From Octopus sinensis (Eukaryota), in NCBI RefSeq assembly GCF_006345805.1, contig NC_043003.1, positions 49,724,001 through 49,788,000 on the forward strand: DNA of 64,000 bases. Direction: 5' to 3'. Shown piece after piece: positions 37,743-51,554 of this stretch (positions are counted from its first letter, which is position 1; each line of letters begins with the position of its first letter). The notes beneath the pieces are model-generated. The model searched no databases. It was not told the DNA's origin and was given only the letters and a program-made list of their open reading frames with translations. The translations under genes were made by a program, and so were the position numbers.

Positions 37743-37960
37743 CCTTTCTACAGTAGGCATGAGGCCTGAAATTTGGGGGAAGGGGAGTCTAGTCGATTAC
37801 ATCGCTCCCCAGTACTCAACTGGTACTTATTTAATCGACTTCAAAAGGATGAAAGGCAAAGTCAACCTTGGCAGAATTTGAACTCAGAACGTAACAATAG
37901 GCGAAATATCGCTAAGCATTTTGTCCTGCATGCTAACAATTCTGTCAGCTCACTGCCTTA
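37676..37960 (-). mobile_element. SINE family B with (ATT)n tail
   Basis: Reverse complement of the family B head and central domain. Confidence 0.8.
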
Positions 37961-37999
37961 CAAATAAACTAATAATAATAATAATAGTAATAATAATAA

Positions 38000-38550
38000 T
38001 AAATGCCCTGATGCAGTACCAGGCACTGGCTTTCATGGCTTCTGATCTTAACTGACAGGAAGTGTTATCATGTACATTGTTTTGTCTTGGTATAAAAGAT
38101 GGGCTAACAACAAATATTCTGCTCAATACCAGAGATTTGTTTGTCAGTTGTTTGACTTTAACCAGTTGAGCATGTCCCTTAGTGGCTGACAATATGTGCA
38201 TCTCTGATCACAAACAGAAGTAGTGGGGGAGCATCATAGCCATGTGTTGAGAGGAATTCTTTGGGGTTTGAATAATTCACTTTTGGAAACATGGGTGGTT
38301 CATTGAACATCCTTAATCCTTATTCAGGGACCTTTTGAGTGGGATGGGCTACTCGACCAGAAGAAAATTCTAACTGGGCCCCACCTGCAAGGTCAGGTAG
38401 TGTTTATCTCAATATGAGACCACCATGTCGCGCACATATGGTCGTGATGCATGTGCCTGCTGTACCCTTATCAGACAGGTAGTCATGATGAGTATACTGG
38501 GCTTCGTATATTTTACCCCAGTGTGACTTTGATGGCATGCACTGCTCTCT
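38000..38550. mobile_element. Non-coding interspersed element bounded by (TAA)n on both sides
   Basis: Its right part recurs, diverged, at 44735-44880. No ORF and no tRNA head recognised. Confidence 0.55.
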
Positions 38551-38558
38551 CACTCAAA

Positions 38559-38618
<60 letters not shown>

Positions 38619-38780
38619 GTGAAGATCAAATAAATAGTGCATTTGTATACTGACAAAAGACGATCATCCCTAAATATAACAGTATCTGTTTTAACACATA
38701 ATTTCATAAGAATCTAGCAAAACAAATACATGAATGTATATATGAATATTACATCATTTAATTTTCTTTTCTTATCATAG

Positions 38781-38957
38781 GTGTAATGCTGATCTTTGTC
38801 TCACTGCTGTCTGTTGCATTCTTTGGCCTTTCCCTGTCAAAGCAGAAATGGTTGGGAATATTCTTCATTGTCATCGGTCTTGTAATAGTTGGATTACCAA
38901 ATCTTTACAACAGAATTGAAGATGGAGACAAAATACAAAAATATTCGGTCATTGCAG
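38781..38957 (+). CDS. SLC35F6: SLC35F6-like transporter, internal coding exon (177 nt, phase 1-1): (G)VMLIFVSLLSVAFFGLSLSKQKWLGIFFIVIGLVIVGLPNLYNRIEDGDKIQKYSVIA(G)
   Basis: Acceptor ttttcttttcttatcatag and donor GCAG/gtaggt. The translation aligns by recall to SLC35F6 GAVIIFTGLFSVAFLGRRLVLSQWLGILATIAGLVVVGL...SEVITG. It is frame-compatible with the next two exons. Confidence 0.9.
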
Positions 38958-41299
38958 GTAGGTTGCCACATCTTTGGTCATTGTTTAGCTTTTACTTGCT
39001 TCAGTTGCTGGACTGTGGTCATGCTGGAGCACATCCTTTAAAGGTTTTAGTTCAACTCATTGACTCCAGTATTTCTTTTTATTTTTATGTCAGGTACTTA
39101 TTCAATTGGTTTCTTTTGCCAAACTGCTAAATCACAGTGACACAAACAAACCAACACTGGATGTCAAGGGGCAGTGGTCATGAGACAAACACACACACAT
39201 ACATATGCACATATGCACACACATGCACATATGCACACACACACACACACACACACACTCTCATACAATATAGGCTTCCATACAGTTTCTTATTTCTTTA
39301 TTGCCCACAAGGGGCTAAACATAGAGGGGACAAACAAGGACAGATAAAGGGATTAAGTCAAATATATTGACCCCAGTGTGTAACTGGTACATAATTTATC
39401 AACCCCAAAAGGATGAAGGGCAAAGTCAACCTCGGCAGAATTTGAACTCACATAACAGCAGACAAAATACTGCTAATCATTTTGACCGGCGTGCTAACGT
39501 TTCTGCCAGCTCACTGCTTCCATACAGTTTCTGCCTACCATATTCACTCACTCACAAGGCATTGGTCAGTCTGGTGTTATAGTAGAAGACGCCTGCCCAA
39601 GGTGCCTTTTAGTGGCATTGAACCTGAATCCATGTAGTTGCAAAGGGAGTTTCTTAACAACTCAGCCATATGTAAAGGAATTGGTTTCTAATTCCTCACT
39701 GCGTTTTTAGCTTTATAGTTTTAAGTTCTGAGCACAGACCCTATCGTAATAAACCTTCTCTTTTATCCTTCTGCAGTTTACTCAATAAAATAACCGCATT
39801 TATTATCCTGTGATCGATTCAATTTGCTTTGCTGTTCCTTTTTGAAATTTTGGCATTTTATGTTTCGTCAAAATTCTTTATATTTTTTTTTTATTGTACT
39901 ACTCTTGTCATGAATGAATTTTCTGCTGTTGTTGTTGCTTTTTTTTATTGCTATTATTATTGTTATTTATCACAAGGTTAGCCTTGACAGAGCAGACTTA
40001 TGCTCAAACATATTCCAGCATTATCAAATGTGTCATTCTGTTTCTGAGAATATCATGGTATTTTTGCAGACAAATTTAGTTAATGACAACATCTCTAAAT
40101 GCTTGACTGGTACTTTGTTTTATTGACTCAGAAAGTTGACATTCCCCAGTGGAATTTGAATTCAGGATGTAAAATGCAAAGGCATTTAATTTTTCATGCT
40201 CTTTAATAATAGATGTAAGGCCAATTTTTCTTTTGCAATTTGGATATAATTGAAATTACACTATATAACTTTATTGACCCCTTCCCCCACATGGGGAGTA
40301 GAATTCAAAGATGGTCATCATTGGGAAACGAACTCAGAACTAAAATAATAACAATATATTCTGTTCTAGATGCTAAGTCTGCCATAGTCCAAAAAGAACT
40401 CTTCACAACAATGTGTTAAGTCAACAATCAGGTTTCAATTTCTATTTGTGTCTATTTACTTATGTTGACTGTGTCATTGAGAAATCATATGGCAATCACA
40501 ATTTACAATTGGTTAGGCATAAACACCACAACATCATATGGGAAATACATGCAGACCACAATGTTAATTTCTTCTTCCTATTCTCTCTTTCTTCTTTCTT
40601 GTTATACTCACAGTTCAATGATGAAAAGCTCTTTTCTTGGCCTCTTCAGAACCGAGAGAGAGAGGGGGAAAGAGGGAGAGAGAAAGAGAGAAATGTATCT
40701 TTTGAAGAAGAGAAAAATTGATTTTGTAATATTCCTGCCATTCTCAGAGTTATTGATTGCATAAGTTAAATGAAACAGCTCTTAACAAGAATTCAAAACT
40801 GGACATTGGTTTTATTTGACCAGAAGCTGACCTCTTGCTCAACAGCAAATAATAAGTAAGAAATCTGTGTTTCATGTGACAGCATTTATTTGTTAGCATT
40901 TAAGTAACCCAGAAATGTCTTAAGGTATGAACACACTTGGCAGTTACCTGGTGGAGGGGACCCATAGCTCTAGGGGCCAAATGCTAATCTATGCATGCTG
41001 TGGTATACATGTATGTTGTGTATGTTGTGTCCAAGTGCATGCTTTGCTCATGATCGTATAATATTATCAAGACAGTGGTGAGCTGGTAGAATCATTAACA
41101 TGCCAAAGAAAATGCATAGTGGTGCTTTTGCCAAGATTGGCTTTGCCTTTCATCTTTTCAGGTGCCAATAAAATAAGGACCAGATAAACACTGGGGTCTG
41201 TATAATTGACTAGCCCCTTCCATCAAAATTGCTGACTTTGTGTCAAAATTTGAAACCAGTTCTGTCAAGACACCCTCAGTGTAACAGTATGTCATCCAA

Positions 41300-41607
41300 A
41301 GGCTTACTGATGTCTCTGTTCCTTCTCAAGCCATGCCTGGCTCATAAGGGCCGGTTTCCCGGTTACTTTGGCATATAGGTTCCCCACCTGAATGGGATGC
41401 CGGTCCGTTGTAGGTGAGCTACAAGATGCAGGAGGAAAGAGTGAGAGAAAGTTGTGGCGAAAGACTCTGCAGAAGTTTGCCATTACCTTCTGCTGGAGCT
41501 GCATGGAGCTTAGGTGTTTTGCTCATAAACACACATCAGCCAATCTGAGATTCGAACCCATGATCCCTCGACAGTTTGCTGCTCTAACCACTAGGCCATG
41601 TGCCTCC
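41300..41607 (-). mobile_element. SINE family C
   Basis: tRNA-like head ggaggcacatggcctagtggttagagc; body shared with 16968 and 52990. Confidence 0.75.
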
Positions 41608-41841
41608 ACTATTGATGTCTCTCTTCGTATATGACATCGTTTGATGATTTACAATTCTTCCTCTGATTGCATAAGGTGCAGGCATGGCTGTGTGGTTAAG
41701 AAGCTTATTTTACAACCATCTGGCTTTTAGGTTCAGTTCCATTGTGTGGCACTTTAGGCAAATGGTTTTACTGTAGCTCAGGTCAACCAATGTTGTGTGC
41801 CCAAATTTGATTGATGAAAACTGTGTAGGATCCCATTGTAT

Positions 41842-41878
<37 letters not shown>

Positions 41879-42383
41879 GTCCACACTGCTGGGTGGTTGG
41901 TGTTAGGAAGGGCATCTGGTGCTGGCTTATGCCTGGCTATCTTCTGTCAAATCGTCCAACCCAGCATGGAAGGCAGATGTTAACTGATGATGATGATGAT
42001 GATAATGATATATGTATATGTATATACACTCTCCATAACATATCCTTTTTACAGTTTGGTCTAGAGACCTTGTCTTTTTTTGAGTTTGTTTTTTGCTGTC
42101 CTTCTTGTTCAGTCATTTATATACCGGCAGATTTTTGAAGTTTATGCTACCAATCTGAACAAAATTATTGGTTAGGTATCGAAATTATGATGACTTTTGA
42201 TCAATAACTGATGAGGGATGAGCGTATCCATATCCTTTGCACATTTTTTCCTGATTTCTGTACGTTCCTTCATTATCCTCCAGTGTCACACTTTTGCTAT
42301 ATATGTGTGTGTGTGCCTATGCATATATATGTGTGCTCATGCATATGTATGTGTGTGTGTTTGTGGTTGTTCCCACCACTACC

Positions 42384-42418
<35 letters not shown>

Positions 42419-43100
42419 CATGTATGTATGTATGTATGTATGTATGTATGTATGTATGTATGTGTGTGCATATGTTTGTGTGTCTGTATTTGTACTCCCA
42501 GCATCGCTTGACAAGCGATGCTGGTTTTTTTACGTCCCAATAACTTAGCAGTTTGGTAAAAGTGACCGATAGAATAAGTACTAGGCTTACAAAGAATAAG
42601 TCCTGGGGGTCGATTTGCTCGACTAAAGGCAGTGCTCCAGCATGGCCACAGTCAAATGACTGAAACAAGTAAAAGAGTAAAAGAGTCAACCCTTCAAGGC
42701 AGAGCCCCCCCCCCCAGCATGGCTGCTGTCCACCGACTGAAACAAATGAAAGACAGAAAGACATTTTCTAGAAATCTTACACAGACAGACCCAACAAACC
42801 ATTCTTTGTAAATTTTATAGCGCTAATTTTATAGTGCAGAATCAATAGAGTGACACACAAAATGCCTTGTGGGATTTAGTTATGGCCTTTTACATTCTGA
42901 GATCAAATCCAGCTGAGGTCAATTTTACCTCCCAGAGTTGATAAAATAAAATGTCCAACAAATACACACGAGTAAATTTAATGGACTATCCTCTCTCTCT
43001 CTCTCTCTTTCTAGATTTGTAGCCGTGTTGCCAACATTATAGAAATCAATAATTATAATAAAAATTCTTGACTTTTCTTTCATGTTGTTTCTATTTACAG

Positions 43101-43211
43101 GAGAACTATTCATTGCCATGTCACAAATGTTAGCTGCCATTTTAGTGGTTTATGAGCAGTATTGGATCCAAAGGTGCAACATTCTCCCTCTTGCAGTTAT
43201 TGGCTGGGAAG
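43101..43211 (+). CDS. SLC35F6: SLC35F6-like transporter, internal coding exon (111 nt, phase 1-1): (G)ELFIAMSQMLAAILVVYEQYWIQRCNILPLAVIGWE(G)
   Basis: Acceptor ttgtttctatttacag and donor GAAG/gtaaac. It matches the recalled SLC35F6 segment GDLLIIMAQIIVAIQMVLEEKFVYKHNVHPLRAVGTEG without gaps. Confidence 0.92.
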
Positions 43212-43570
43212 GTAAACACTATACATATATGTATCTATCATCCTCTCTCCTTCTCTCTCTTTCTGTCTCTTACTGTTTCTCTTCTGTACTATCTCTTACT
43301 CTCCTCTTTCATTTTAACACTTTTACTATGTGTTGTCTTTGATTTAATTCTACTCCTACCACCCCTTCTTCCCCCACTCTCTCTCTCTCTCTCTCTCTGT
43401 ATTTATCTGTCTTTTACTTTCATTTTTAACATCGTTCTCTATTCCACCTGGTTTCTTTTGCTCCTCTTTCTCACACTTCATTTCTATCCCTCCTTCATCT
43501 CCCTTACTCTCTATCTGTTCTTCTCCCCCTCTCTACATTTCTCTTTATGTTTCTTCCCCATCTCTGCTGC

Positions 43571-43608
<38 letters not shown>

Positions 43609-43723
43609 CATCCAACTATCTATCTTTCTTCCTCCATCTCTGCTTTTTTTACTCTCTTCCTATATCTTCATTTCTCTATGTTTCTCTGTATCTCAATATG
43701 TACTTTTCCTCTTTCCTTTTTTG

Positions 43724-43758
<35 letters not shown>

Positions 43759-43774
43759 ATATATATATATATAT

Positions 43775-43805
<31 letters not shown>

Positions 43806-43853
43806 GTATATATATATATACATACATACTTACGTATATGTGTATGTGTATAT

Positions 43854-43898
<45 letters not shown>

Positions 43899-43924
43899 AT
43901 GTATGTGTATATATATATAGTTTT

Positions 43925-44125
43925 ATAGAAACACAAAAGACAAAGGCAGGTGGATGAAGAACAAGCAGGTGTGTTAGTTTGGCGCTTGGGAAAATGAAAA
44001 AGTCTCTTACTTTTCAAGCCTACGCTCTTCAACATGAAGGAGTAAGAGGAAATAAACAGAGAGGGAATGAAAAGACGAAAAATGGAAAAAGAAAGGCAGT
44101 GAAAAAAATTTGTAGATTTTAGCAG
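43925..44125 (-). mobile_element. Hammerhead-bearing short element family 1, diverged subfamily
   Basis: Sense strand atgttgaagagcgtaggcttgaaaagta at ~44008-44035; abuts (TA)n. Confidence 0.55.
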
Positions 44126-44139
44126 CCCAGACTCTTTCC

Positions 44140-44536
44140 CCTGTGTCTCCATTTCTCTGTCTCTCTCTGTTTTTATCCATCTCAATGTATCCTTCTCCTC
44201 CACTTTGTCTCTCTCTCTCTCACTCTCTTTCTCAGTCTTTCTTTCTCTTTCTGCCTCTGTTTCTGTCTCACTCTCTTTCTCTTTTTCTTTCTTTCTTTCT
44301 TTCTCTCACACTCTTTCTCTGTCTTTCTCTCTCTCACTCTCTTCTCTGTCTTTCTTTCTCTCTCTGTCTCTGTTTCTGTCTCACTCTTTCTCCCTTTCTC
44401 TCTTACTCTCTTTCTCTCTCTCTCTCTCTCTTTCTCTGTCTCTCTCTCACTCACTTTCTCTGTCTTTCTTTCTCTCCCTCACTCTCTTTCTCTATCTTTC
44501 TCTCTCTCTCTCACTCTCTTTCTCTTTCTCACTCCT

Positions 44537-44583
<47 letters not shown>

Positions 44584-44600
44584 ATTTCTCTTTCTCTGAT
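44140..44600. repeat. (CT)n-rich polypyrimidine tract
   Basis: Visible. Confidence 0.9.
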
Positions 44601-44879
44601 ACTACCTTTCTATTTGTCACCTGTGTTTTTCTTTTTTATCTTATTGTTTTCCTCTTCTTTTTTTTTCGAAATATTCCAGTGATGGTGGTGGTGGTGGTGG
44701 TAGCTGTAGTATTAATAGTGGTGTTTTAGTAATGATGATGAGATCACCATGTTGCGCATACATGGGTGTGATGCTTGTACCTGATGTACCCTTATCAAAC
44801 GAGTAATCATGACGGATATACTGGAATTTGTATATTTGTATCCCAGTGTCACTTTGATAGCATGCATTTCTCTCTCACA

Positions 44880-45180
44880 TACATCATTATCATCATCATC
44901 ATCACCACCACCACCACCGCCACCACCATCAACATCATCCTTGTCATAATCATCTTCATCATCATCATCATCATCACCATCGTCGTCACCATCGTCATCA
45001 TCATCATAATCATCATCAGCATCATCATCAGCTTCATCTTCATCATCACCATCACCACCACCACTACCACGATCATCATTACCATCATCTTCATCATCAT
45101 CACCATCATTATCATCTTCTTCATCATCATCATCATCATCATCCTTACCATCATCATCATCATTATCACCACCACCACCT
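44880..45180. repeat. Degenerate (CAT/CAC)n microsatellite
   Basis: Visible. Confidence 0.9.
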
Positions 45181-45863
45181 ATCCAGCTGACATAGAACAT
45201 GATGCAGCCTTGTGGCTCAGCAGATCCAGGCAAACCTCCAACCTATACCGAAATGATGATGACAATCACGTGATGACAAGCACACACAGACACACACATA
45301 AATGCGTGCACTACACACAAATGCACACCTATGCACACACACAAATGCACATGCACACACACACACACACACTTGCATACAAATGCACACACAAACGCAC
45401 ATACATGCACACACACACACACACACACACATAAACACACTCACATGATGTACTTCTCTCAGTTTCCATCTCCCAAATCAACTCGCAAGGCTTGATTGGT
45501 CAGTCTGGAGTTATAGGAGAAAACACTCACCCAAGGTGCCATGTTGTGGGATCGAACCCAAGACTATGTGTTACAAAGCAAACTTCTTATCTACACAGCC
45601 ATACCTGTATCTATCATCATCATCATCATCATCATTACCATCATCATCACCATCATCATCACCATCATCATCATTATCATCAACATTTAAAGTCCATGCT
45701 TCCTGCTAGCAAGAGCCAGCCAGGCTGAAACCCACAAGAGTAAACAAGAGAGACAGAGACGGGCAGAAACAAGGGAAATGCCCCTTGTATTTGAATACAA
45801 TGCACAGTGTACCTTGCGACAAGTATTGATTTGATCTTAGAGCAACACTAGATGAAGTGTCAT

Positions 45864-45909
<46 letters not shown>

Positions 45910-46699
45910 CACACAGCATCCGGATTAGACTACAAAAAAAATAAATAAAATAAAATAAAAAATAAAACATGCGCAACTCCATTGTCTCCCGAGACAGAAA
46001 GGATGCCAATAGTAACAGTTTAGTGTCATAAGGAAGAAAGTAATTAAGGTGTGTTCTATATTTTGGATGTTTTTACCTTCATCAACGAACAGCAAAGAAA
46101 TTTTTAAAAAGTGTGGTGATGGGGGCCCAAAATATAAAGTTCTGTGGTGGCAACAGAACAATGTTTTTGTAATAGCTACATTGAACTATTAGCAATACCA
46201 CTGGAACAATACAGAACTTAGTCTTTGAAATGTCTTATACCAATCACATTGTTGGTAAATGAAAACCAAGAATTACGAATAAAAAAAAAATTGCGTAAAG
46301 ATTCAATTTAACTTCTGCTATTCTTTTCTACTTTTGCTTAATTTCATTCTTTGAAAATCTTCAGCAGGTGGTACATAGAAGTCATGAGTACCTCACATTT
46401 GCATGACTGCTTTGCTTGAAACCAAAAAAAAAAAACCCCACCAAAAAAACAAAAAAAAAATTGTGAACTTTCTTGCATTAGATAAACAAGAAAAATGTTA
46501 TTAGAATGGAAGAACTGACTAAAAAGAAATCGTCGTGGAAGTGATGCGACAGCCAGTTATGTGTAATGTATAGTGAAGGGAAGAACCATGAATGTCACAG
46601 AATCTTATTATTGCTCTCATAAATTTGTGAAACTTCCTGCGATGGATAGGAAATTGTTGCAAGGGGGAAAGAACTTCTGCTGAGAGAAGAACGAGAAAA

Positions 46700-47150
46700 A
46701 GGAAAGAAAAGAAAAGAAATGAAGAAGAGGGAGGAGGAAGTGGAGGGAGAAGGGAGGAAGAGGAGAAAAATGAAGAGAAAGGAGGAGGAGTAGAAAAAGG
46801 TAGAGGAAGAAGGGGAGCAAGTGGAGAAGAAAATGAAGAGGAAGGAGGAGAAGAAGAAAAAGGTGAGGAAGAAAGGGAGCAAGAGGAGAAGAAAATGAAG
46901 AGGAAAGAGCAGGAGAAGAAAAAGTTAGAGGAAGAAGGGGAGCAAGAGGAGAAGAAAATGAAGTGGAAGAAGGAAGAGGAGGAGGAGGAAAGAGGATGAA
47001 AAAGAGGAGGTGAAGGAGGAGAAGAAGAAAAAGGAGGAAAAGAAGGAGACAAAGAAGAACAAGAACAAGAAGACAAAGAAGAAGAAAGAAAGAAAGAAAA
47101 AATGAAGAAAGAAGTCAAGAATGAGGAGCAGAAAAAAAAAAAGAAGAGGC
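46700..47150. repeat. GA-rich polypurine tract
   Basis: Visible. Confidence 0.9.
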
Positions 47151-47783
47151 AGAGAACAACCTATTATTCTTGTGTGAAAAACAAAGGAGATTCTCTCCAG
47201 ATGAAACCATGACAATAAAGCAATGTGGCAGCTGTGAGATATTCAAACACCGAGAAGCAATTCATTAAATTGGAGTAAAGCTTTAGCTATTAGTTAGTGT
47301 AAAACCAATTTTATTCTAATCTTTTCGGTGACTATTTGACTTGACTTCACTGAAGGACATAGGATCGTTATTATTTAGTTACTAAACTTACTTGCAAGAC
47401 AAATATCTGCTTCATATTCCTACTTCTGTTTCTTTTTCTTTTTTTTTTTTTTTTTTTTTGGTTTTTACTTCGTTATTCTGTAAAGCTGGAAACTTAGAGC
47501 AAAATTTAATATGTGTGTGTGTTTGTTAGAGGGATATATGTGTTTATACACACACACAAACATATGCACACATATTTCTATTTCTATTTCTGTGTATATG
47601 TCTGAATATGAATATACACATTTGTGTATATGTGTGTATGTATGTTACCCTAGACATGTATATGTGGTGTGTGTGTGTGTTTGTATTTCTCTGTGTGTGC
47701 TTACACATGTGTGTATGAAGAATAACATGTATATATGTATATATATGTATATATATGTTTGTATGTATGTGTATATATATATG

Positions 47784-47817
<34 letters not shown>

Positions 47818-47929
47818 TAGATAGATATGTATGTACACACACACACACATATATATATATACACACACATATATATATGTATGTATATATATATATATGT
47901 ATGTATGTGTATATATACATGTATGTATA

Positions 47930-47975
<46 letters not shown>

Positions 47976-48739
47976 CGTATATTTATGTATATATGTATAA
48001 AATATATATATATATCTTGGGAGTAAGTGAGAAAGGGAAAAAGAGAGATAACTGAGAGATGCTATATATTGTCATAGCACAGTACCACAATCATTGCCAG
48101 GTACAAGCAGATGTCATTAAGAATTAATAAATTGGTAACTGCCACAGGCTAGAGCAACATCGGACCACACTAAATGTTATAAATGTTTGAAGTTCATGCT
48201 AAACTTTCCCACTATTACTGTACAGTTGTTATTGGATTATCATTGTATTGTGTTCACATTTCCATATATTTATAAATTATGGTGAGGAATGAAGTACCAG
48301 AAACAATACAATGTCAAGGAGACCAAATGCCTTGCAGGATTTTGGTGCTGTTCTTCTCTGTATTTTATCTCTGAGTTCAAATTCTGTTGTGTCTGTAGGA
48401 TAGAAGGTGGGGATTTTTCTTTATGTTTTTGTAAATAGAAGAAGAGGTTAGGATGTATATACATTGGTAATGTTTACTGAAGGTATAGCTGTGTAATAAG
48501 ACATTTGTTTCCCAACTACGCGGTTCTGCGTTCAGTCCCACTATTTGGACACCTTGGGCAAGTATTTTCTACTATAGCTTTGGGCCACACATGCAAATAT
48601 TCTTTATGTTGCATGTCTCGTTTCTCTGTTTGCTTTTTTCATTGTTCGGAAAAAAAGTTCGTTTTCTATGGTTTTGTTTTTATGTTTTCGTTTCTCATTG
48701 TGTTCGACGTTTTTTTTTATGTCCTGTACCTATATATGC

Positions 48740-48777
<38 letters not shown>

Positions 48778-48781
<4 letters not shown>

Positions 48782-49519
48782 GCTAAGATTTTTTGGCTGC
48801 TATTTCTAAAAGTTCGGTGTGTGGTAAAGTAAATTATTTTACTGAACCCTAATTATATAATGTAATGTTTTAAATATACCGTAAATGGTCTTTTTACATA
48901 CTGAACACTACTTGGTAAAATTAATTAATCATTAATTAATTTTACCCTTTTATTATTGACAATATAATTCTCTCTCCCTGATATTAAACTACAGTTCTCT
49001 CTGTAGGAATTTGTTGCTTTATAACTCATGTGGGTGGAAGGGGAAGAATGCAAAGCCTCATTTGTACTTTTTGAATTCGTTAGTACTAGCGGTCGAAGAT
49101 GGTTTGTCTGGGATTACTCATATCAGACGGGTATGTTCGATTTTTAGTGCTCTCAAATCCAAATCTAAAGAAGTCTTGAGCTGATGACAGAAATGTTGAT
49201 CTCTATATCCAACTAATCCAGAAACGGCGTTCTCAAGTAATCGATGTATGTGTGATCTTTCGTTTTTTTCCCTCTATACCTGTGTGAATTATTTTTGAGT
49301 ATGCATTGTCTGGGAGATTTTTCTTATAGTAGAAGAAATAGCTAAGATTTTTTGGCTGCTATTTCTAAAAGTTCGGTGTGTGGTAAAGTAAATTATTTTA
49401 CTGAACCCTAATTATATAATGTAATGTTTTAAATATACCGTAAATGGTCTTTTTACATACTGAACACTACTTGGTAAAATTAATTAATAATTAATTAATG
49501 TTACCCTTTTATTATTGAC
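48778..49519. mobile_element. 742-bp element bounded by 183-bp direct repeats (48778-48960 and 49337-49519), inserted in (TA)n
   Basis: The repeats differ at two positions; the 376-bp unique core has a stop-riddled reading frame on the minus strand. Confidence 0.7.
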
Positions 49520-50098
49520 TATATATATGTGTATATATGTATGTATGTATATATATATATATTTATATGTATGTATGTATAAATATAAGTGAACATTATT
49601 ATTCCTAAAATAATAACATTAGTGGCTGCAACCATAAAGGCTGTTTACGCAAAATTAATAATTATATATAAGATGTATAAATATATTTATATATACTAGG
49701 GTACTGTGGAAGCACCTGCTTTGCTAAAAATAGAAGTCAAAGTATTCCTAACCCACAGAAGAATGACTATAGCATCTTATCTCTGCAAAGGATGCAGATA
49801 TATTTATATATTTTGATAGTGAACCTTTTGTGTCTTGTGTTCTTATTTTGTTCTAAATTGTCCTTCCTTAAAATTCTAATTGTTCTAGGGTTAAATTGGT
49901 TTGGGTCTTGGGTTCTTGGTTTATGATTTTGTTGTGTATAGTATACTGTACATTGAGATTGTGTGAATGTTGTTCATAAGGATCATAGCACTGCTAAGTG
50001 TAATATTCCATGGTTTCTGGTTTCTGGAGGTTTTGTTGCATGTACATACACATAAATATTTGCATATAGGGCATGTGTGTGTGTATATGTATATGCAC

Positions 50099-50135
<37 letters not shown>

Positions 50136-50378
50136 GGTGCATGTGTGTGTGTGTATGTACATATGTAAATATGTATGCATGTATTGGCTCTGTGGTTTAC
50201 ACTAGCACATTAATAGATATTTGTGCTTTTGATGGTTCATAATTAATTAAACAATATCTATTTTATGCACAACAAAGCACAAATCAGAAGAACTGAAATA
50301 AATTTAAGTATTACAAAGCCTCTCTGTTGGTGTAAGATGAAACACACACACACACACACCACACACTCCCTATGTGTG

Positions 50379-50462
<84 letters not shown>

Positions 50463-51149
50463 ATGAAAGGTGTTGGTATTCAGAAGACTTCCTATATCCA
50501 TCCTTTTCCAAAATAACTCCTTATATCGCACCCCAAGGGGGTCCAGACTACTTTTTAATACATGACCACATATGCTTGAGAAGACCTGTCAATTCCAGTG
50601 AAATTGTAGTTGTGGCCAATGCTGGTGTCACGTAACTGTTGCACTGTGCTGGTGGTACATAAAAAGCACCCATTACACTCTAGGAATGGTTGGCATTTGG
50701 AAGGTAATCCAGCTGTAGAAACTATGCCAAATCAGACTGGAACCTGGTGTAGTCCAACAACAGACCAGATTCAGTCAGACCATCCAACCTATGCCAGTAT
50801 GGAGAGCAGATGCTAAATGATGATAATGATGATAACAACAGGCTTCACTATAGTTTCTGTCTACCAAATTCACTCACAAAGCATTAGTCAGCTGAAAGCA
50901 ATAGTAGAAGACATTTGCTCAAGAAGACCATGCAGTGGAACTGAATCTGAAATCACATGGTTGCAAAGCAAGCTTCTTAACCATACAGCCATTTCAGCAC
51001 CTACAAATATCTTGTTTACTTTTTATGCATGAGAAGAAGAATTATTGACAATCTAGTTTGTTAAATCATTTATTGAAAAAAATAAACAGAAATTAATATG
51101 GTTGAGATCACAATGTATAGAAATACAGCAAAAAAAAAAACCAAAATAA

Positions 51150-51550
51150 ACCACAGCTAATCACTGGAATTGTTTGCTCCAAATGGTACACATTTTTCTT
51201 TAGACATTTTATTATTGTCCAAGCATTTCTTTAAATAGTTAACTACAATTTTATTTAGCAAAATATTCAAAGTTAAAAGCTTTTCTTACTTTATTTATTT
51301 TCCAGTATTACAAAAAGAAAATGCATTGATAAAGAAAAATATTTTACTGTATTCTGATTGCTAGCATCTTTTGAAATTCCATAAAAACTACGATTTTCCA
51401 AATCTTTAAAATATATATTGGCTGCAAAAGGTGAAATAACATTTTCATAAGGGAAATAGATTTTGTTGTACAAGAAAACTTTTTTTTCACCAGTTCTGAA
51501 TCTGGAAAGACTTCAGTGAATAACTTTGATGTATAATCAGTATTTCTTAA
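51150..51550 (-). mobile_element. hAT-superfamily transposase relic
   Basis: Reverse-strand fragments KLFTEVFPDSELVKKKFSCTTKS, NVISPFA, FYGISKDASNQNTVKYFSLSMHF and PFGANNS resemble the recalled MFPDSxIAKKFSCGRTK...DASN...SADN pattern. Confidence 0.55.
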
Positions 51551-51554
51551 GCTT

